Of a stretch of DNA of 64,000 nt, positions 34,899-44,502 are shown piece by piece. The position numbers and the translations under genes were made by a program. Position 1 is the first letter of the stretch. Every line of letters begins with the position of its first letter. The stretch covers positions 310,001 through 374,000 of the IMG/VR virus record IMGVR_UViG_3300036770_003657; one strand, 5' to 3'. Below the pieces are notes generated by a model. The model saw only the letters and a list, made by a program, of their open reading frames with translations. It searched no databases and was not told the DNA's origin.

Positions 34899-36399
34899 CT
34901 CTAGCTCTTATTCTTTCTAATTCATCTATTTGCCAAGGTAATCTATCTACTAAACCCATTTTTTTAAGTTTAATTTGTTGTTTGATAGTATCATTTGGAT
35001 TAGAGTCTTTCCATGCTTTCATTAAATCTTTTTCACGTTGCTTTAGTTCATTTATATATCTTGTTTCATCATCTTCAACTAAAATAACACGATCTTCATC
35101 ATCAGTAGCTACTCTTTTTTTTTCCGTATCGGTATCAGTCTCAGGCTTAGGTTCTGGAGCAGTAGCTACTGGAACAGGACTCAAATATGGTTTTTCTGTT
35201 TCTATTTTAATTTCAGTAGTATCTACAGTAATAATAGGTTGCTCTACTACTGGAACTATTTCTGGTTGTAAAACAATTGGTTCCTCTGTCTTAACTTCTA
35301 TAATTGGTTCTGGGGGAACGATTATAGGCTCTTCTACTTTAATCTCCACAACTGGCGCTGGCTCGACGACGGGCTCTTCAATTTTAACTTCTTTGGCGGG
35401 TGCGGTTTCTTCATTAGGTGCTGGACGCCATTTAAAAAATACACCAGGTTTATCAAGATAACTTAATATTTTACTAGGTTCTGCTGGCTTAGGTGCAGTT
35501 TCCTTAATTTGTTCTATGACTTCTTCAGGTAAAGGCCCATCGTCCTTTTCGTACTTAGGTTCTTCAGGAGCGGGCTCATCCTTGCCCTTGGGACGCATTT
35601 CTTCCTTGACCTTATCCCATAAACTGGCTTTTTCCTTACGTTCTTGGAAAGCCCATTGAAAACTCATTTGACTGGCTAGTAATAATAACACTGCCAAAGG
35701 ATCAAATACAAATACAATGGTAAGAATTACCCAGACTACTGCTTTTTCTAGTAAATTAGTGTCAGGGTTATCACCATAGATTAAGGCTGCTATATATTTG
35801 ATTGGGCCAACTTCTGCTTCTACAGCACGAACTTCGGCACGTATTGGAGCAGCTTGTTCATTTAATTTTTGAATAACGCCCTGTTCAGTTTCAATCTCTT
35901 TTAATAGTCTTGCTCTATCTCTAGCCTGACTACGACGTATTTGATCTGACCTAGCAGCACCTTGTTCATTGGTACTACGGCTCATTACTTGATCTACTGC
36001 TGCATCCAATTGTTTTAATTGATTTCTAGCAGATTCAATATTTTCTCTACTTATTTTGATCTTTTCGTCAATAAGGCTTATCTTGGCCTGTACGTCACCA
36101 CTGACTAGGCTTTGGTCACTATGTGCTTTACTAAGATAGCCAAAAATACCCATGCTAGTTATGAGCATTAGGGTAATGACTGCTATAGTAAGGTAGCCTT
36201 TTAAACTCCATGGAGTTCGATACCAATTAGCCTTAAGCCACCATGCTGTGACCAATTTACTAATTTCCAATACAGTGCCCATAATGATGACACTAAGGGC
36301 GGCGGCACTGAATATGCTAGCCAGCCCTAGAACCGAATAATATATAGCTATTGTTGAAATAGCTATACCTGTAAAGAATGTTAAAAATGCGAGAACCAT
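34879..36399 (-). CDS. Membrane protein with coiled coil and Pro/Glu-rich tail
   Basis: Several N-terminal TM helices, EVGPIKYIA, VFDPLAV, EEPI/V repeats. Confidence 0.7.
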   Translation of the reverse strand: MVLAFLTFFTGIAISTIAIYYSVLGLASIFSAAALSVIIMGTVLEISKLVTAWWLKANWYRTPWSLKGYLTIAVITLMLITSMGIFGYLSKAHSDQSLVSGDVQAKISLIDEKIKISRENIESARNQLKQLDAAVDQVMSRSTNEQGAARSDQIRRSQARDRARLLKEIETEQGVIQKLNEQAAPIRAEVRAVEAEVGPIKYIAALIYGDNPDTNLLEKAVVWVILTIVFVFDPLAVLLLLASQMSFQWAFQERKEKASLWDKVKEEMRPKGKDEPAPEEPKYEKDDGPLPEEVIEQIKETAPKPAEPSKILSYLDKPGVFFKWRPAPNEETAPAKEVKIEEPVVEPAPVVEIKVEEPIIVPPEPIIEVKTEEPIVLQPEIVPVVEQPIITVDTTEIKIETEKPYLSPVPVATAPEPKPETDTDTEKKRVATDDEDRVILVEDDETRYINELKQREKDLMKAWKDSNPNDTIKQQIKLKKMGLVDRLPWQIDELERIRARDESGKN

Positions 36400-36408
36400 A
36401 TCAAATAT

Positions 36409-36813
36409 TTATTTGAAAAAGCTCCACATCCTTGTACTTTCATCTAGACAGGCCCAGTGTTCTTCTGTGTTACGACTACTGGTAGTTCGTATTTCACTAT
36501 ATACTCTACGACATAGTCTACCGCTTAGACGTTGAGTCATAATAATTTCAATAATGCCGTGATTGTAACTGTCATCGCTATACCAACGTATGACCTCACC
36601 ATTGTCCAAATTACCAAGAGCGGTAAACATTGCCTGTTGATGCTTTCTACGATCATCTTCATTTAGTCCATCCAACATTCTGATTACACTATTTTTAATA
36701 GACCAAATGCTCTCAGGTAAACGAATTGTAACCTGTGCATTAGCCTGTGTGCTAGCGATTAATGCCGCGGCCGTCAATAACTTCCCAACTACCATCACGC
36801 TTTTGGCAAGCAT
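36409..36813 (-). CDS. RT0821/Lpp0805 surface-antigen-like protein
   Basis: ALGNLDNGE...W......G.......RLCR......AC....W; start uncertain. Confidence 0.65.
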   Translation of the reverse strand: MLAKSVMVVGKLLTAAALIASTQANAQVTIRLPESIWSIKNSVIRMLDGLNEDDRRKHQQAMFTALGNLDNGEVIRWYSDDSYNHGIIEIIMTQRLSGRLCRRVYSEIRTTSSRNTEEHWACLDESTRMWSFFK

Positions 36814-37084
36814 AGTTAATTCCTTCAATAATACGCCCATTGGGCAATTGTTGTTTATAGGGATGTTCAAAGCACTTTGGGGCTACTCCCATTCTTTTAA
36901 TAGGGATGGCTTCAATGGGATCGTCTGTACATCGCATAATGGTTTGACTGGCTACAGACTTACCATCTACTATAGTAACATCTTTAGTACCATAACAAGC
37001 CGGTTTAGCCGGCTGGTGAATTTGTCTAGGAACAGAACCACAGCCAGCTAAAATCACTACTAAAGGTATTAGAATTACTTTCAT
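36752..37084 (-). CDS. Lipoprotein
   Basis: Lipobox LAGC. Confidence 0.7.
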   Translation of the reverse strand: MKVILIPLVVILAGCGSVPRQIHQPAKPACYGTKDVTIVDGKSVASQTIMRCTDDPIEAIPIKRMGVAPKCFEHPYKQQLPNGRIIEGINYACQKRDGSWEVIDGRGINR

Positions 37085-37090
37085 TATAAA

Positions 37091-37852
37091 TCAACGAATA
37101 GTTGTATTCATTACTACAGCATTTGGATCCTTTAATACTTCGGCTACTCTTGCCTTTACTTTTTCATCTGTAATAGAATTAGTAATCATTCTACTTCGAT
37201 CTAAACTTGCAACTGGAGTTACTATAATTCCATTAGAATTTTCCTTTTCATTTTTAGAAACTTCTTTAGGTTTTATCTCAGGTGTTTTTACTGGTTTTTT
37301 GTCTAATTCATTAAAAGCCTCTGTTTCAGCATCAACTTCTTTAACGGGCTCTTTAACTTCGACTTTTTGTTCATCTAATTTAATAGCCATAAGAACAAAT
37401 GCTCTATAAACATTAGTGCTTTCTAGTACGACTTTTGTATCTACAAGCTCTACACCAGTAAGACTTACGTTCTCAACTTTTTTTCTAGTAGCACTTTGAT
37501 AACTTCCTACATAAGAGCCGTTTTTGTCTGCCTGGAACATTTTAGTTTGTTTATCAATTTTAGAATCCAATGTTTCTGCAATTTTAGATTGAGCAAGTGT
37601 TCTTGCTTTTTCCACAGCCATAGAATAATCTTGACTACGAGCACTTGCACTAGAATATAAAATACCTGGAGTCTTAGGCAACTTGTGCATCCATTCTGGA
37701 GAACTATCTATGGTTACGTTGGATGGATGTTTGTAGATTACTTTTTCAACTACTCTTTCAGTAACTTGTGGGACAGGAGTCTCTTTTTTAGTAACAAAAG
37801 TTTCACAACCTGCAAGAGCAACTACAATTGGCAAAATAACAAATTTTTTCAT
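37091..37852 (-). CDS. LPP20-like lipoprotein
   Basis: Lipobox LAGC, PEWM, A.EKA...A...IA. Confidence 0.7.
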   Translation of the reverse strand: MKKFVILPIVVALAGCETFVTKKETPVPQVTERVVEKVIYKHPSNVTIDSSPEWMHKLPKTPGILYSSASARSQDYSMAVEKARTLAQSKIAETLDSKIDKQTKMFQADKNGSYVGSYQSATRKKVENVSLTGVELVDTKVVLESTNVYRAFVLMAIKLDEQKVEVKEPVKEVDAETEAFNELDKKPVKTPEIKPKEVSKNEKENSNGIIVTPVASLDRSRMITNSITDEKVKARVAEVLKDPNAVVMNTTIR

Positions 37853-38055
37853 TTTGAAGCTTCCTGTAAAGTTGTCCCTGCCTTTTGGCTAATATTATCT
37901 GTAAGTTTAAGTAAACCTGATATGTCTAATTTACCTACAACGAATCCAATTAGAAATACTGCAATATAACGCATATGATCCTCTATATCTGTGGGTTAAT
38001 GTTTTACTACAAGTCAAATTATACAATCGTTCCTATATCTTGTCATTAATTTTGG

Positions 38056-38385
38056 TTATTTAAAAATGATCAATCCCATAAGTGTTGCTTGAACAAAGAA
38101 ACCAAACCCAATTGTAATAATATTGAGTAAGTCCCTAGCAATTACACTACGGAGAAAGAACATAAACAGACCTAGCCAAACCAATCCAACCAAATCTACA
38201 GGTGGCATCTTTTCTGTTAATCCTGTTAATATGGCTATTAGTGTAGGAATAGTGGCCATATGTATTAGAATTACAGCTATCCAGTTCAATGTTTCTGCAC
38301 TGATATGTCCAATATTTTCTACTAGATTATTTGCCATTTCCTTAAAATTGAACAATTCAAGTACTTTATCCCATTGTATTTTCAT
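38056..38385 (-). CDS. Small membrane protein
   Basis: Three hydrophobic segments. Confidence 0.65.
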   Translation of the reverse strand: MKIQWDKVLELFNFKEMANNLVENIGHISAETLNWIAVILIHMATIPTLIAILTGLTEKMPPVDLVGLVWLGLFMFFLRSVIARDLLNIITIGFGFFVQATLMGLIIFK

Positions 38386-38393
38386 GTTTACTC

Positions 38394-38933
38394 CTATTTG
38401 TAAAAAATATGTTGACCTATTACTGCTACTCGTTTACGATTCCACCGTGGATTCACATATTTGGCATGAAAGTACATGGCATCTTCCAAACTGGGTAATC
38501 TAAATCCTTCAAGTAAAACCATTTTGGCTACTTTTTCACTTTCCCTATATGTTTGCTCATGTTTAGGAATACGCTTAGAAGGATGTGTACAATACCAACT
38601 AAATTGGCAAAGCACTTTTTCATATACTACGTTCTTTTGGTAAACTACTTGACACAGGTCTGCTGGAAATTGTCCACTGTTGGCTCTATTCAATGTTACC
38701 TGTGCTACTGCTACCTTACCCTCAAATGGTTCTGTGCCTGCTTCATAATATACATTACGTGCCAAACACTCTAGTTGTCTACTCATTGACTCAGCTGGTA
38801 TATGTTTAAAGGAACTCATTTTGATATTGATTTCCTTATTCTCATCCAACTTGAACATAACAACTTTATAACCTACCCACCCTAAACCAATTGCGGCAAT
38901 AAGGATGGCTAGCATTTTAACAATGCGTATCAT
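38394..38933 (-). CDS. Cell-wall hydrolase (SleB family)
   Basis: CLARNVYYEAGTE...VAQVTLNR, CQFSW, YFHA.YV.P.W, IGQHIFY. Confidence 0.92.
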   Translation of the reverse strand: MIRIVKMLAILIAAIGLGWVGYKVVMFKLDENKEINIKMSSFKHIPAESMSRQLECLARNVYYEAGTEPFEGKVAVAQVTLNRANSGQFPADLCQVVYQKNVVYEKVLCQFSWYCTHPSKRIPKHEQTYRESEKVAKMVLLEGFRLPSLEDAMYFHAKYVNPRWNRKRVAVIGQHIFYK

Positions 38934-38963
38934 TTTTATCTCCTTTACGCTGGATAATTAAGG

Positions 38964-39359
38964 CTATCTACGCATACTAGCAATGTCTTTAGCCTCATCA
39001 TCTGTAAAGATGGGCACAGCATTACTCTTATGCATGGTTCCAATACCCTTAATTTTAGTGCCGGTATAGAGCTTGGGTGCTGCCTTAGTAGCGGCGGCAC
39101 TGTCTATACCTTTATTTAGGCTGGGAATACGTGGAGCATCCATTCCACGATATGTCAGTTTTGGTGGCTGATATACAGTACGATCCATGGCGGCACGTTG
39201 TTTACGTTGCTCCTGTTCAATACCATATTTCTTTTGAAGCGCATGCCAATCCGCTTCAAGTTCCCTTGCCTTCCGTGCTTCATCGGCGTTGCGGAATTTA
39301 GTTTTACCCTTACGCTTGCCTGTAGTACTGAGCCACGGACCTTCAAGATGCATACTCAT
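38964..39359 (-). CDS. Conserved phage hypothetical protein
   Basis: YTGTKIKGIGTMHKSNAVPIF, a motif I recognise from T4-like phages. Confidence 0.7.
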   Translation of the reverse strand: MSMHLEGPWLSTTGKRKGKTKFRNADEARKARELEADWHALQKKYGIEQEQRKQRAAMDRTVYQPPKLTYRGMDAPRIPSLNKGIDSAAATKAAPKLYTGTKIKGIGTMHKSNAVPIFTDDEAKDIASMRR

Positions 39360-39505
39360 TAGTCTTCCCTTGTATAGTTTAACACATTGCCAACACCATA
39401 TTGTGCTTCTCCTAGCATTTTGGCAGCATAGTCATTCTCTGCGTATACAATGGTATTCACTGTTTGATATTCATTGATACGAACCCAAAGTTTGTACTTG
39501 TACAT
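39359..39505 (-). CDS. 48-aa hypothetical protein
   Basis: MYKYKLWVRINEY...; SD AGGAGG; TTGACA-17-TACAAT promoter upstream. Confidence 0.65.
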   Translation of the reverse strand: MYKYKLWVRINEYQTVNTIVYAENDYAAKMLGEAQYGVGNVLNYTRED

Positions 39506-39568
39506 GGTACCTCCTATAGTAATTTATTTATTGTAGTAGAACTGTAATCAAATGTCAACTAAAAGCGA

Positions 39569-39904
39569 TTAAATGGCTGGCATTTGTTTACTTACTAGAT
39601 TTAGTAAGTCCTGTAGGTCAAAATCCGCTAATTTCGCCCCTAATTCTACTGGTGAGTCAGGCAAATCTTCCCAATCTTTAATACAAAGTATTTCAAATAT
39701 TTCCCTACGACTTATAGGTTCTTCTCGCATATAACTTACCCATAAAACTGTAAGAAAACTCAGTGTGAATACTGTTTCATTGTTTATAATGTCGTTATCT
39801 TCACAGTATTTTACAGTTTGGTTTAGGTAATAATCTATATCTTCAATACGATTTTCTAATTGATTAATCCAAAGTTTAGTATCGTATATATTCCAATGTT
39901 TCAT
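39569..39904 (-). CDS. Hypothetical protein
   Basis: 111-aa ORF. Confidence 0.6.
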   Translation of the reverse strand: MKHWNIYDTKLWINQLENRIEDIDYYLNQTVKYCEDNDIINNETVFTLSFLTVLWVSYMREEPISRREIFEILCIKDWEDLPDSPVELGAKLADFDLQDLLNLVSKQMPAI

Positions 39905-40077
39905 TTTTGGTTATTCACATTTTGATATACATTACCTGCTATATAAGCACTGATGGCGGCCACTGCCACAACTGAATAGACTCCTGGATCTATTTTTCCA
40001 AACCATACCAGTAATTGGTTTCCAAGAATGGCCAACACGGCTACAATAAACTTGCGTTGTCCTATTAATTTATCCAT
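39901..40077 (-). CDS. 58-aa two-TM membrane peptide (holin-like possible)
   Basis: [19 protein letters not shown]...VVAVAAISAYIAGNV; start and stop overlap neighbours. Confidence 0.55.
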   Translation of the reverse strand: MDKLIGQRKFIVAVLAILGNQLLVWFGKIDPGVYSVVAVAAISAYIAGNVYQNVNNQK

Positions 40078-40403
40078 TAAACATTAAAACTTTCGCCACA
40101 ACCACATTTGGCTTTTTCATTTGGATTGTTAAATTCAAAACCTTCGTTTAGGCCTTGTTTAACCCAATCCATTTCTAAACCATCTACATAGACTAGGCTA
40201 CGTCCATCTACATATACTTTGACACCATAGTTATCATAGACAAATTGATCTCGTGTTACAGTCGGATTATCTACATATTCTAACACATAGGCTAGTCCAC
40301 TACACCCTGTGGTTTTTACTCCAATACGTATACCAATACCTTTACCTCTACGTTCTAAATTATTTTTAACTTTTTCAGCGGCACGTTCAGTCAGTGTAAT
40401 CAT
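40077..40403 (-). CDS. iscA: Fe-S cluster A-type carrier IscA
   Basis: [20 protein letters not shown]. Confidence 0.95.
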   Translation of the reverse strand: MITLTERAAEKVKNNLERRGKGIGIRIGVKTTGCSGLAYVLEYVDNPTVTRDQFVYDNYGVKVYVDGRSLVYVDGLEMDWVKQGLNEGFEFNNPNEKAKCGCGESFNV

Positions 40404-40417
40404 AAAAATATTTATAT

Positions 40418-40443
40418 AAAAAAAGGGCCCTAAGGCCCAATTT
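40418..40443 (-). terminator. Intrinsic terminator
   Basis: GGGCC-TTA-GGGCCC-TTTTTT. Confidence 0.55.
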
Positions 40444-40456
40444 GTAAAAGGCTAAA

Positions 40457-40585
40457 TTATTTTTTAGCTTCTTTTTTCTCTTCTTTCTTATCTACCTTCT
40501 TGTCATCCTTCTTAGCATCTGCTGCATAAGCGGTACCTACGGTTAAAGCAAAAAGAGCTGTCATCATTGCTGCAACGATTTTCAT
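40457..40585 (-). CDS. 42-aa secreted Lys/Glu/Asp-rich peptide
   Basis: Signal peptide followed by ADAKKDDKKVDKKEEKKEAKK. Confidence 0.6.
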   Translation of the reverse strand: MKIVAAMMTALFALTVGTAYAADAKKDDKKVDKKEEKKEAKK

Positions 40586-40650
40586 ACATGTTCCTTTCTA
40601 GTTAGTATGTATATATATTAACGCCTGTGTGTGTAAATGTGCTGACTTAT

Positions 40651-41046
40651 TTATTGAGCAGTTTGCTCAATCATATGTTTTTGTTTGTAGTCTGTTATTG
40701 CGGCCTTAATGGCATCCTCTGCCAAAATGCTACAGTGAATTTTTACAGGTGGCAGAGCCAATTCTTCGGCTATATGCGTGTTTCTAATTTCCCCTGCTTG
40801 TTCAAGACTGCGTCCTTTGACCCATTCTGTAACAAGACTACTACTGGCTATGGCACTACCACATCCATATGTCTTAAACTTTGCGTCGGTAATAATGCCA
40901 TCTTCCACCTTGATTTGTAATTTCATTACATCACCACAAGCAGGTGCTCCCACCATGCCTGTTCCTATGCCAGATTCGTCTTTGGCAAAACTGCCTACAT
41001 TACGTGGGTTTTCGTAGTGGTCTAATACTTTTGTTGAATATGCCAT
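40651..41046 (-). CDS. iscU: Fe-S scaffold IscU
   Basis: DHYENPRNVG, GAPACGDVM, FKTYGCGSAIASSS, LPPVKIHCS. Confidence 0.97.
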   Translation of the reverse strand: MAYSTKVLDHYENPRNVGSFAKDESGIGTGMVGAPACGDVMKLQIKVEDGIITDAKFKTYGCGSAIASSSLVTEWVKGRSLEQAGEIRNTHIAEELALPPVKIHCSILAEDAIKAAITDYKQKHMIEQTAQ

Positions 41047-41169
41047 CTATAACTTTCTCCTCAATGTGTTTATGTGTTTTAGGGGTAGGTGGCAATTTTA
41101 AATTCTCAAACTTCTTTAGAAACAATAACCAAGCCTCATCATCTTTCGAATCAGCATCAATTTTTGGAT

Positions 41170-41520
41170 CTATTGACATGAAAATACGGATCCGTATATG
41201 GGACGACCGTGTTGGTCTTTAAACCAACCTTTTTCCTCTCTGAGCATGGTTCCTAATGGACAAGTCAATGTAGGAACAGCATTCATATCATAGATTACAC
41301 TAGGTTTAGGGTTCTCATTCATAATTATTGTTTGTGTATCGTTACGCTGATTGGCTATTACAGCACCAGCAATACCACCAATAATTAATGGGGCTACCCA
41401 ATGATGTGCGGGTGGACTATTCCAATGTCTATGGTGATGATGTCTGTGTCCATGATAAGGACCCGCATCTACACCAGTACTAAAAATTGTTAAAGCCAAA
41501 CCTAGTATAATCTTTTTCAT
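41170..41520 (-). CDS. Secreted His-rich hypothetical protein
   Basis: Signal peptide, HGHRHHHHRH, Gly-zipper-like GGIAGAVI. Confidence 0.65.
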   Translation of the reverse strand: MKKIILGLALTIFSTGVDAGPYHGHRHHHHRHWNSPPAHHWVAPLIIGGIAGAVIANQRNDTQTIIMNENPKPSVIYDMNAVPTLTCPLGTMLREEKGWFKDQHGRPIYGSVFSCQ

Positions 41521-41545
41521 AATCTACCCCTTAAAGGTTGTAAAA

Positions 41546-41764
41546 TTATTTATCCTTGCTTTCTTTACGTGAGTTTTTGACTTCTGTAACGTGGTTTCTA
41601 ACTTCTTTACATAATTTGGCTAATTCTTGAAGGTGTTTACGCACACGAGTTCCAGCGGCATTATTGCCTTTATTGTAAAACTTTTCAAAATCGTCCTGCA
41701 TACCTTCCATTAAGGTCTTAAACTCATTAAATCTACTTGAATCCATATAAATCTCCTTGTACAT
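41546..41764 (-). CDS. Histone H1-like (Hc1-type) DNA-binding protein
   Basis: FYNKGNNAAGTRVRK.LQEL.KL.KEVR. Confidence 0.75.
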   Translation of the reverse strand: MYKEIYMDSSRFNEFKTLMEGMQDDFEKFYNKGNNAAGTRVRKHLQELAKLCKEVRNHVTEVKNSRKESKDK

Positions 41765-41802
41765 AATTTAGCATAATCTATACTATAGTCAAAGAAAAAC
41801 GA

Positions 41803-43278
41803 CTATTCCGCATCAAAAAAGAACATATGCCATAATCTACAATTGTCCTTGTTATAGCCAAAATATTCTTTAGCTGCGTGTATCAACCCACCATCATAGA
41901 TCACAAGTCGATTATATACATTGCCTACTACATCAACGTCTTCAAATCCAGTACCATCTAAAAATGTAATTTGATTAAAACAATCCATAATCCTAGGATC
42001 ACTACAATGACGTACACGATTAGTTTTGTAAGCACTCATTCTTGTGCCTGCACTATAGGGAGCGTTTGGTGTAAGATATATTAGACCAGCAAACTTTTGA
42101 AAATCAGTGTGCCAAGTTATAGCTTCACCTGCTACATTATGTTGAAATCTGCCATTCATTCCATGGCTTTCCCAATTGGTTATACGCATACCCATAACCT
42201 GTTCAAACTTTTCTTTCATTCCTGGAAAGAAAAACTGCTGTCTAGTACGTTTACCTATAAAACCAGGATCATCAAAGTAATGTTGATTTAAAGCGAATTC
42301 ACGCACACTATCGGGATCATCATAAAAATCCTCTACAATCCATAACCTAGGCTTTTTGTTAGCTCCCATAGTTACTCCACCCATCTGTGGGAAACTCCAT
42401 ACCAAGGATTGATGAGCGCCTTCTAATGTAGGTAAAAAGAACTCATTATTTCTAACAACTTCAGGTAACTTATCTGTATTGTAGGGTTTAAGATGATGAT
42501 CACGTACTGCTACAGGATCTTGACCATTGTCCGTAGGAACAAATGTGTTCATATAACTTTTACGTAATTCGTGCCCTAATGCGCTATGTTCACTGTAAAA
42601 GTGGCTATCTTCGTACATCTTCCACTTAAGTTCACGATTTCCCATCCATTGGAATTTCCAGCCTGCGTCCTGTATTTCGTTATTGTCTTGTAGGTACATT
42701 CCAGGGAAGTCTACCCAAGTCCATTTACCGTCTCTAGTCTTTTCTCTACGAAAGTCGCTTAAACTATATATGGTAAAGTGTTCACTGCGACAAACATAAC
42801 CCTGACGATTTTGTACCATCTCTCCACTTTCTGCCTGTAATTGCCAAGCACTATGTCCGCTTAGATGTGCTAATGGTAATCTAATATTATGTACTGGACT
42901 ATTATAGCTTATACTACGATAATAATCAACAAACCCATAATTAGGTATTTCATCTTCGTAGTTTACAAATACTATGCTATTTTGTGGTATGTGTTTACGC
43001 ATACAATCAAACAGCCAATCGCTGCGTTCTTCTACGCTATGTCCAAACTTTGGTAAATCGTTACGTTTAACTTGAACAATTTGAATTTTATCTGTTGGTA
43101 ATCCAAGGTCAACTATATCTTGTTCTAGGGTAAAAGGTTTATCTTTCCCTGATAGTGCATAATCGGCTTCTGCTATAATAAACAAATCAAAGCGATCATA
43201 CAAGTATTCAATTCTTAATTTCAATAATTCCTTAACGCCAGTATAAACTGAGCAATTTACAACTGGTTTATCGTACAT
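41803..43278 (-). CDS. Glycosyltransferase family 17-like domain fused to DUF6445/2OG-oxygenase-like domain
   Basis: N-term F.IAEA....SG..KPF...DEIP, GWKF.WMG; C-term VEDFYDDPD.VR, WHTD, YLTP, YNRLVIY..H. Confidence 0.7.
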   Translation of the reverse strand: MYDKPVVNCSVYTGVKELLKLRIEYLYDRFDLFIIAEADYALSGKDKPFTLEQDIVDLGLPTDKIQIVQVKRNDLPKFGHSVEERSDWLFDCMRKHIPQNSIVFVNYEDEIPNYGFVDYYRSISYNSPVHNIRLPLAHLSGHSAWQLQAESGEMVQNRQGYVCRSEHFTIYSLSDFRREKTRDGKWTWVDFPGMYLQDNNEIQDAGWKFQWMGNRELKWKMYEDSHFYSEHSALGHELRKSYMNTFVPTDNGQDPVAVRDHHLKPYNTDKLPEVVRNNEFFLPTLEGAHQSLVWSFPQMGGVTMGANKKPRLWIVEDFYDDPDSVREFALNQHYFDDPGFIGKRTRQQFFFPGMKEKFEQVMGMRITNWESHGMNGRFQHNVAGEAITWHTDFQKFAGLIYLTPNAPYSAGTRMSAYKTNRVRHCSDPRIMDCFNQITFLDGTGFEDVDVVGNVYNRLVIYDGGLIHAAKEYFGYNKDNCRLWHMFFFDAE

Positions 43279-43319
43279 AGTAGTCCTTTAGTAGTATAAG
43301 CTATTTACTATTCTATGCT

Positions 43320-43616
43320 TTAGTCACCTGCATAAACGTTAGGACTGCCCTGTGCTGACGCACTTCCACAAGCCACAGGGTCACCTACTCTACAAACATC
43401 CAAATAATTGGCAAATACTGTTCCACTACCTTTAGCTAAATTACTAGAATGACAACTTGATCCGCAGCAGTGTACAATCCAGTGATCAGTTCTTCTATGT
43501 ACATTTAAAAAATTTGCATAAACATTAGGACTACCTTGACTATTTGGTCTTGGAGGCCAACATCCATGTCCCGTACAAACGTCGCCTAATCTTGTAACAT
43601 TTTTACTATTAGCCAT
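43320..43616 (-). CDS. PAAR-domain spike tip protein
   Basis: VTRLGD.C.GH, V.R.GD.VACG, GS.NV..GD. Confidence 0.9.
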   Translation of the reverse strand: MANSKNVTRLGDVCTGHGCWPPRPNSQGSPNVYANFLNVHRRTDHWIVHCCGSSCHSSNLAKGSGTVFANYLDVCRVGDPVACGSASAQGSPNVYAGD

Positions 43617-43617
43617 T

Positions 43618-44502
43618 TTACCATGTAGTAGTATTTTTACCACTATCTCCTATTATTTGTCCAATACTATATGCAGCAGGAGCAGCTACAAATTCCACTG
43701 GATTATTATGATGTTGTGTTACCCAATCTCTTATTCTAGTCCAGTCTTGAAATAAGCTTTGTGTAGTTGTATATGTTCTTTTAGTACCTTTATTAGTCGT
43801 TAATTCGTAGCTATATGTAATTGTGTAAGTTAAATCATTGGTCCAATAATATATTTCAGATTCAGGTCTTGTTGGACATTCAGTTATATCATACTCTGTT
43901 AAAATTCTAGGAGTAGTGTGTGGAGCAGAGTCAGAAGTAGTAGCACTTGATAAATGATCAACATATTTCATTGTTCCAGTCGGTATCATATCATAAAATC
44001 CACTGGCTTCACAATTATCTGCATTGATAGTCAATGTAATATGATCTAAAAATCTTGGGCGTCTTGGCATACTAATATCAGTACATTGTACTTCAATAAT
44101 TTCTTCATCTTCTTCATCATTATACCATAAGTAAGGTATAGGATCATAATCTGGATTTGGTACTTCTCCTGCATAATTGCCATCACCATCATATGCAGCT
44201 ATAGTTTGGGGTAAAAAATGTGCTGGGTTAGGGATATGTGGTGGTTTTACTATTGATGCTCCAACTGTAAAACTAAAATTAGCATAAATTTCTACACTGC
44301 CTCCAGAACCAGACCAATTAAAAGTATTTCTATAGTCATAGCTATAACTAACACTGTCTCCAGGTTTATCATTACTAGAAGGAGTAAATGTTTCTGGAGC
44401 ACGCCACTCTGCTCCATTTTTAAATGGAAAAATAAATGGAAAATCTGTATTAGGTGGAGGAGGTGACTGTATCAGTGTATAGCCATCTATTATCACACTC
44501 AT
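43618..44502 (-). CDS. Hypothetical virion/baseplate protein
   Basis: Translationally coupled between the giant fibre and PAAR genes. Confidence 0.55.
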   Translation of the reverse strand: MSVIIDGYTLIQSPPPPNTDFPFIFPFKNGAEWRAPETFTPSSNDKPGDSVSYSYDYRNTFNWSGSGGSVEIYANFSFTVGASIVKPPHIPNPAHFLPQTIAAYDGDGNYAGEVPNPDYDPIPYLWYNDEEDEEIIEVQCTDISMPRRPRFLDHITLTINADNCEASGFYDMIPTGTMKYVDHLSSATTSDSAPHTTPRILTEYDITECPTRPESEIYYWTNDLTYTITYSYELTTNKGTKRTYTTTQSLFQDWTRIRDWVTQHHNNPVEFVAAPAAYSIGQIIGDSGKNTTTW

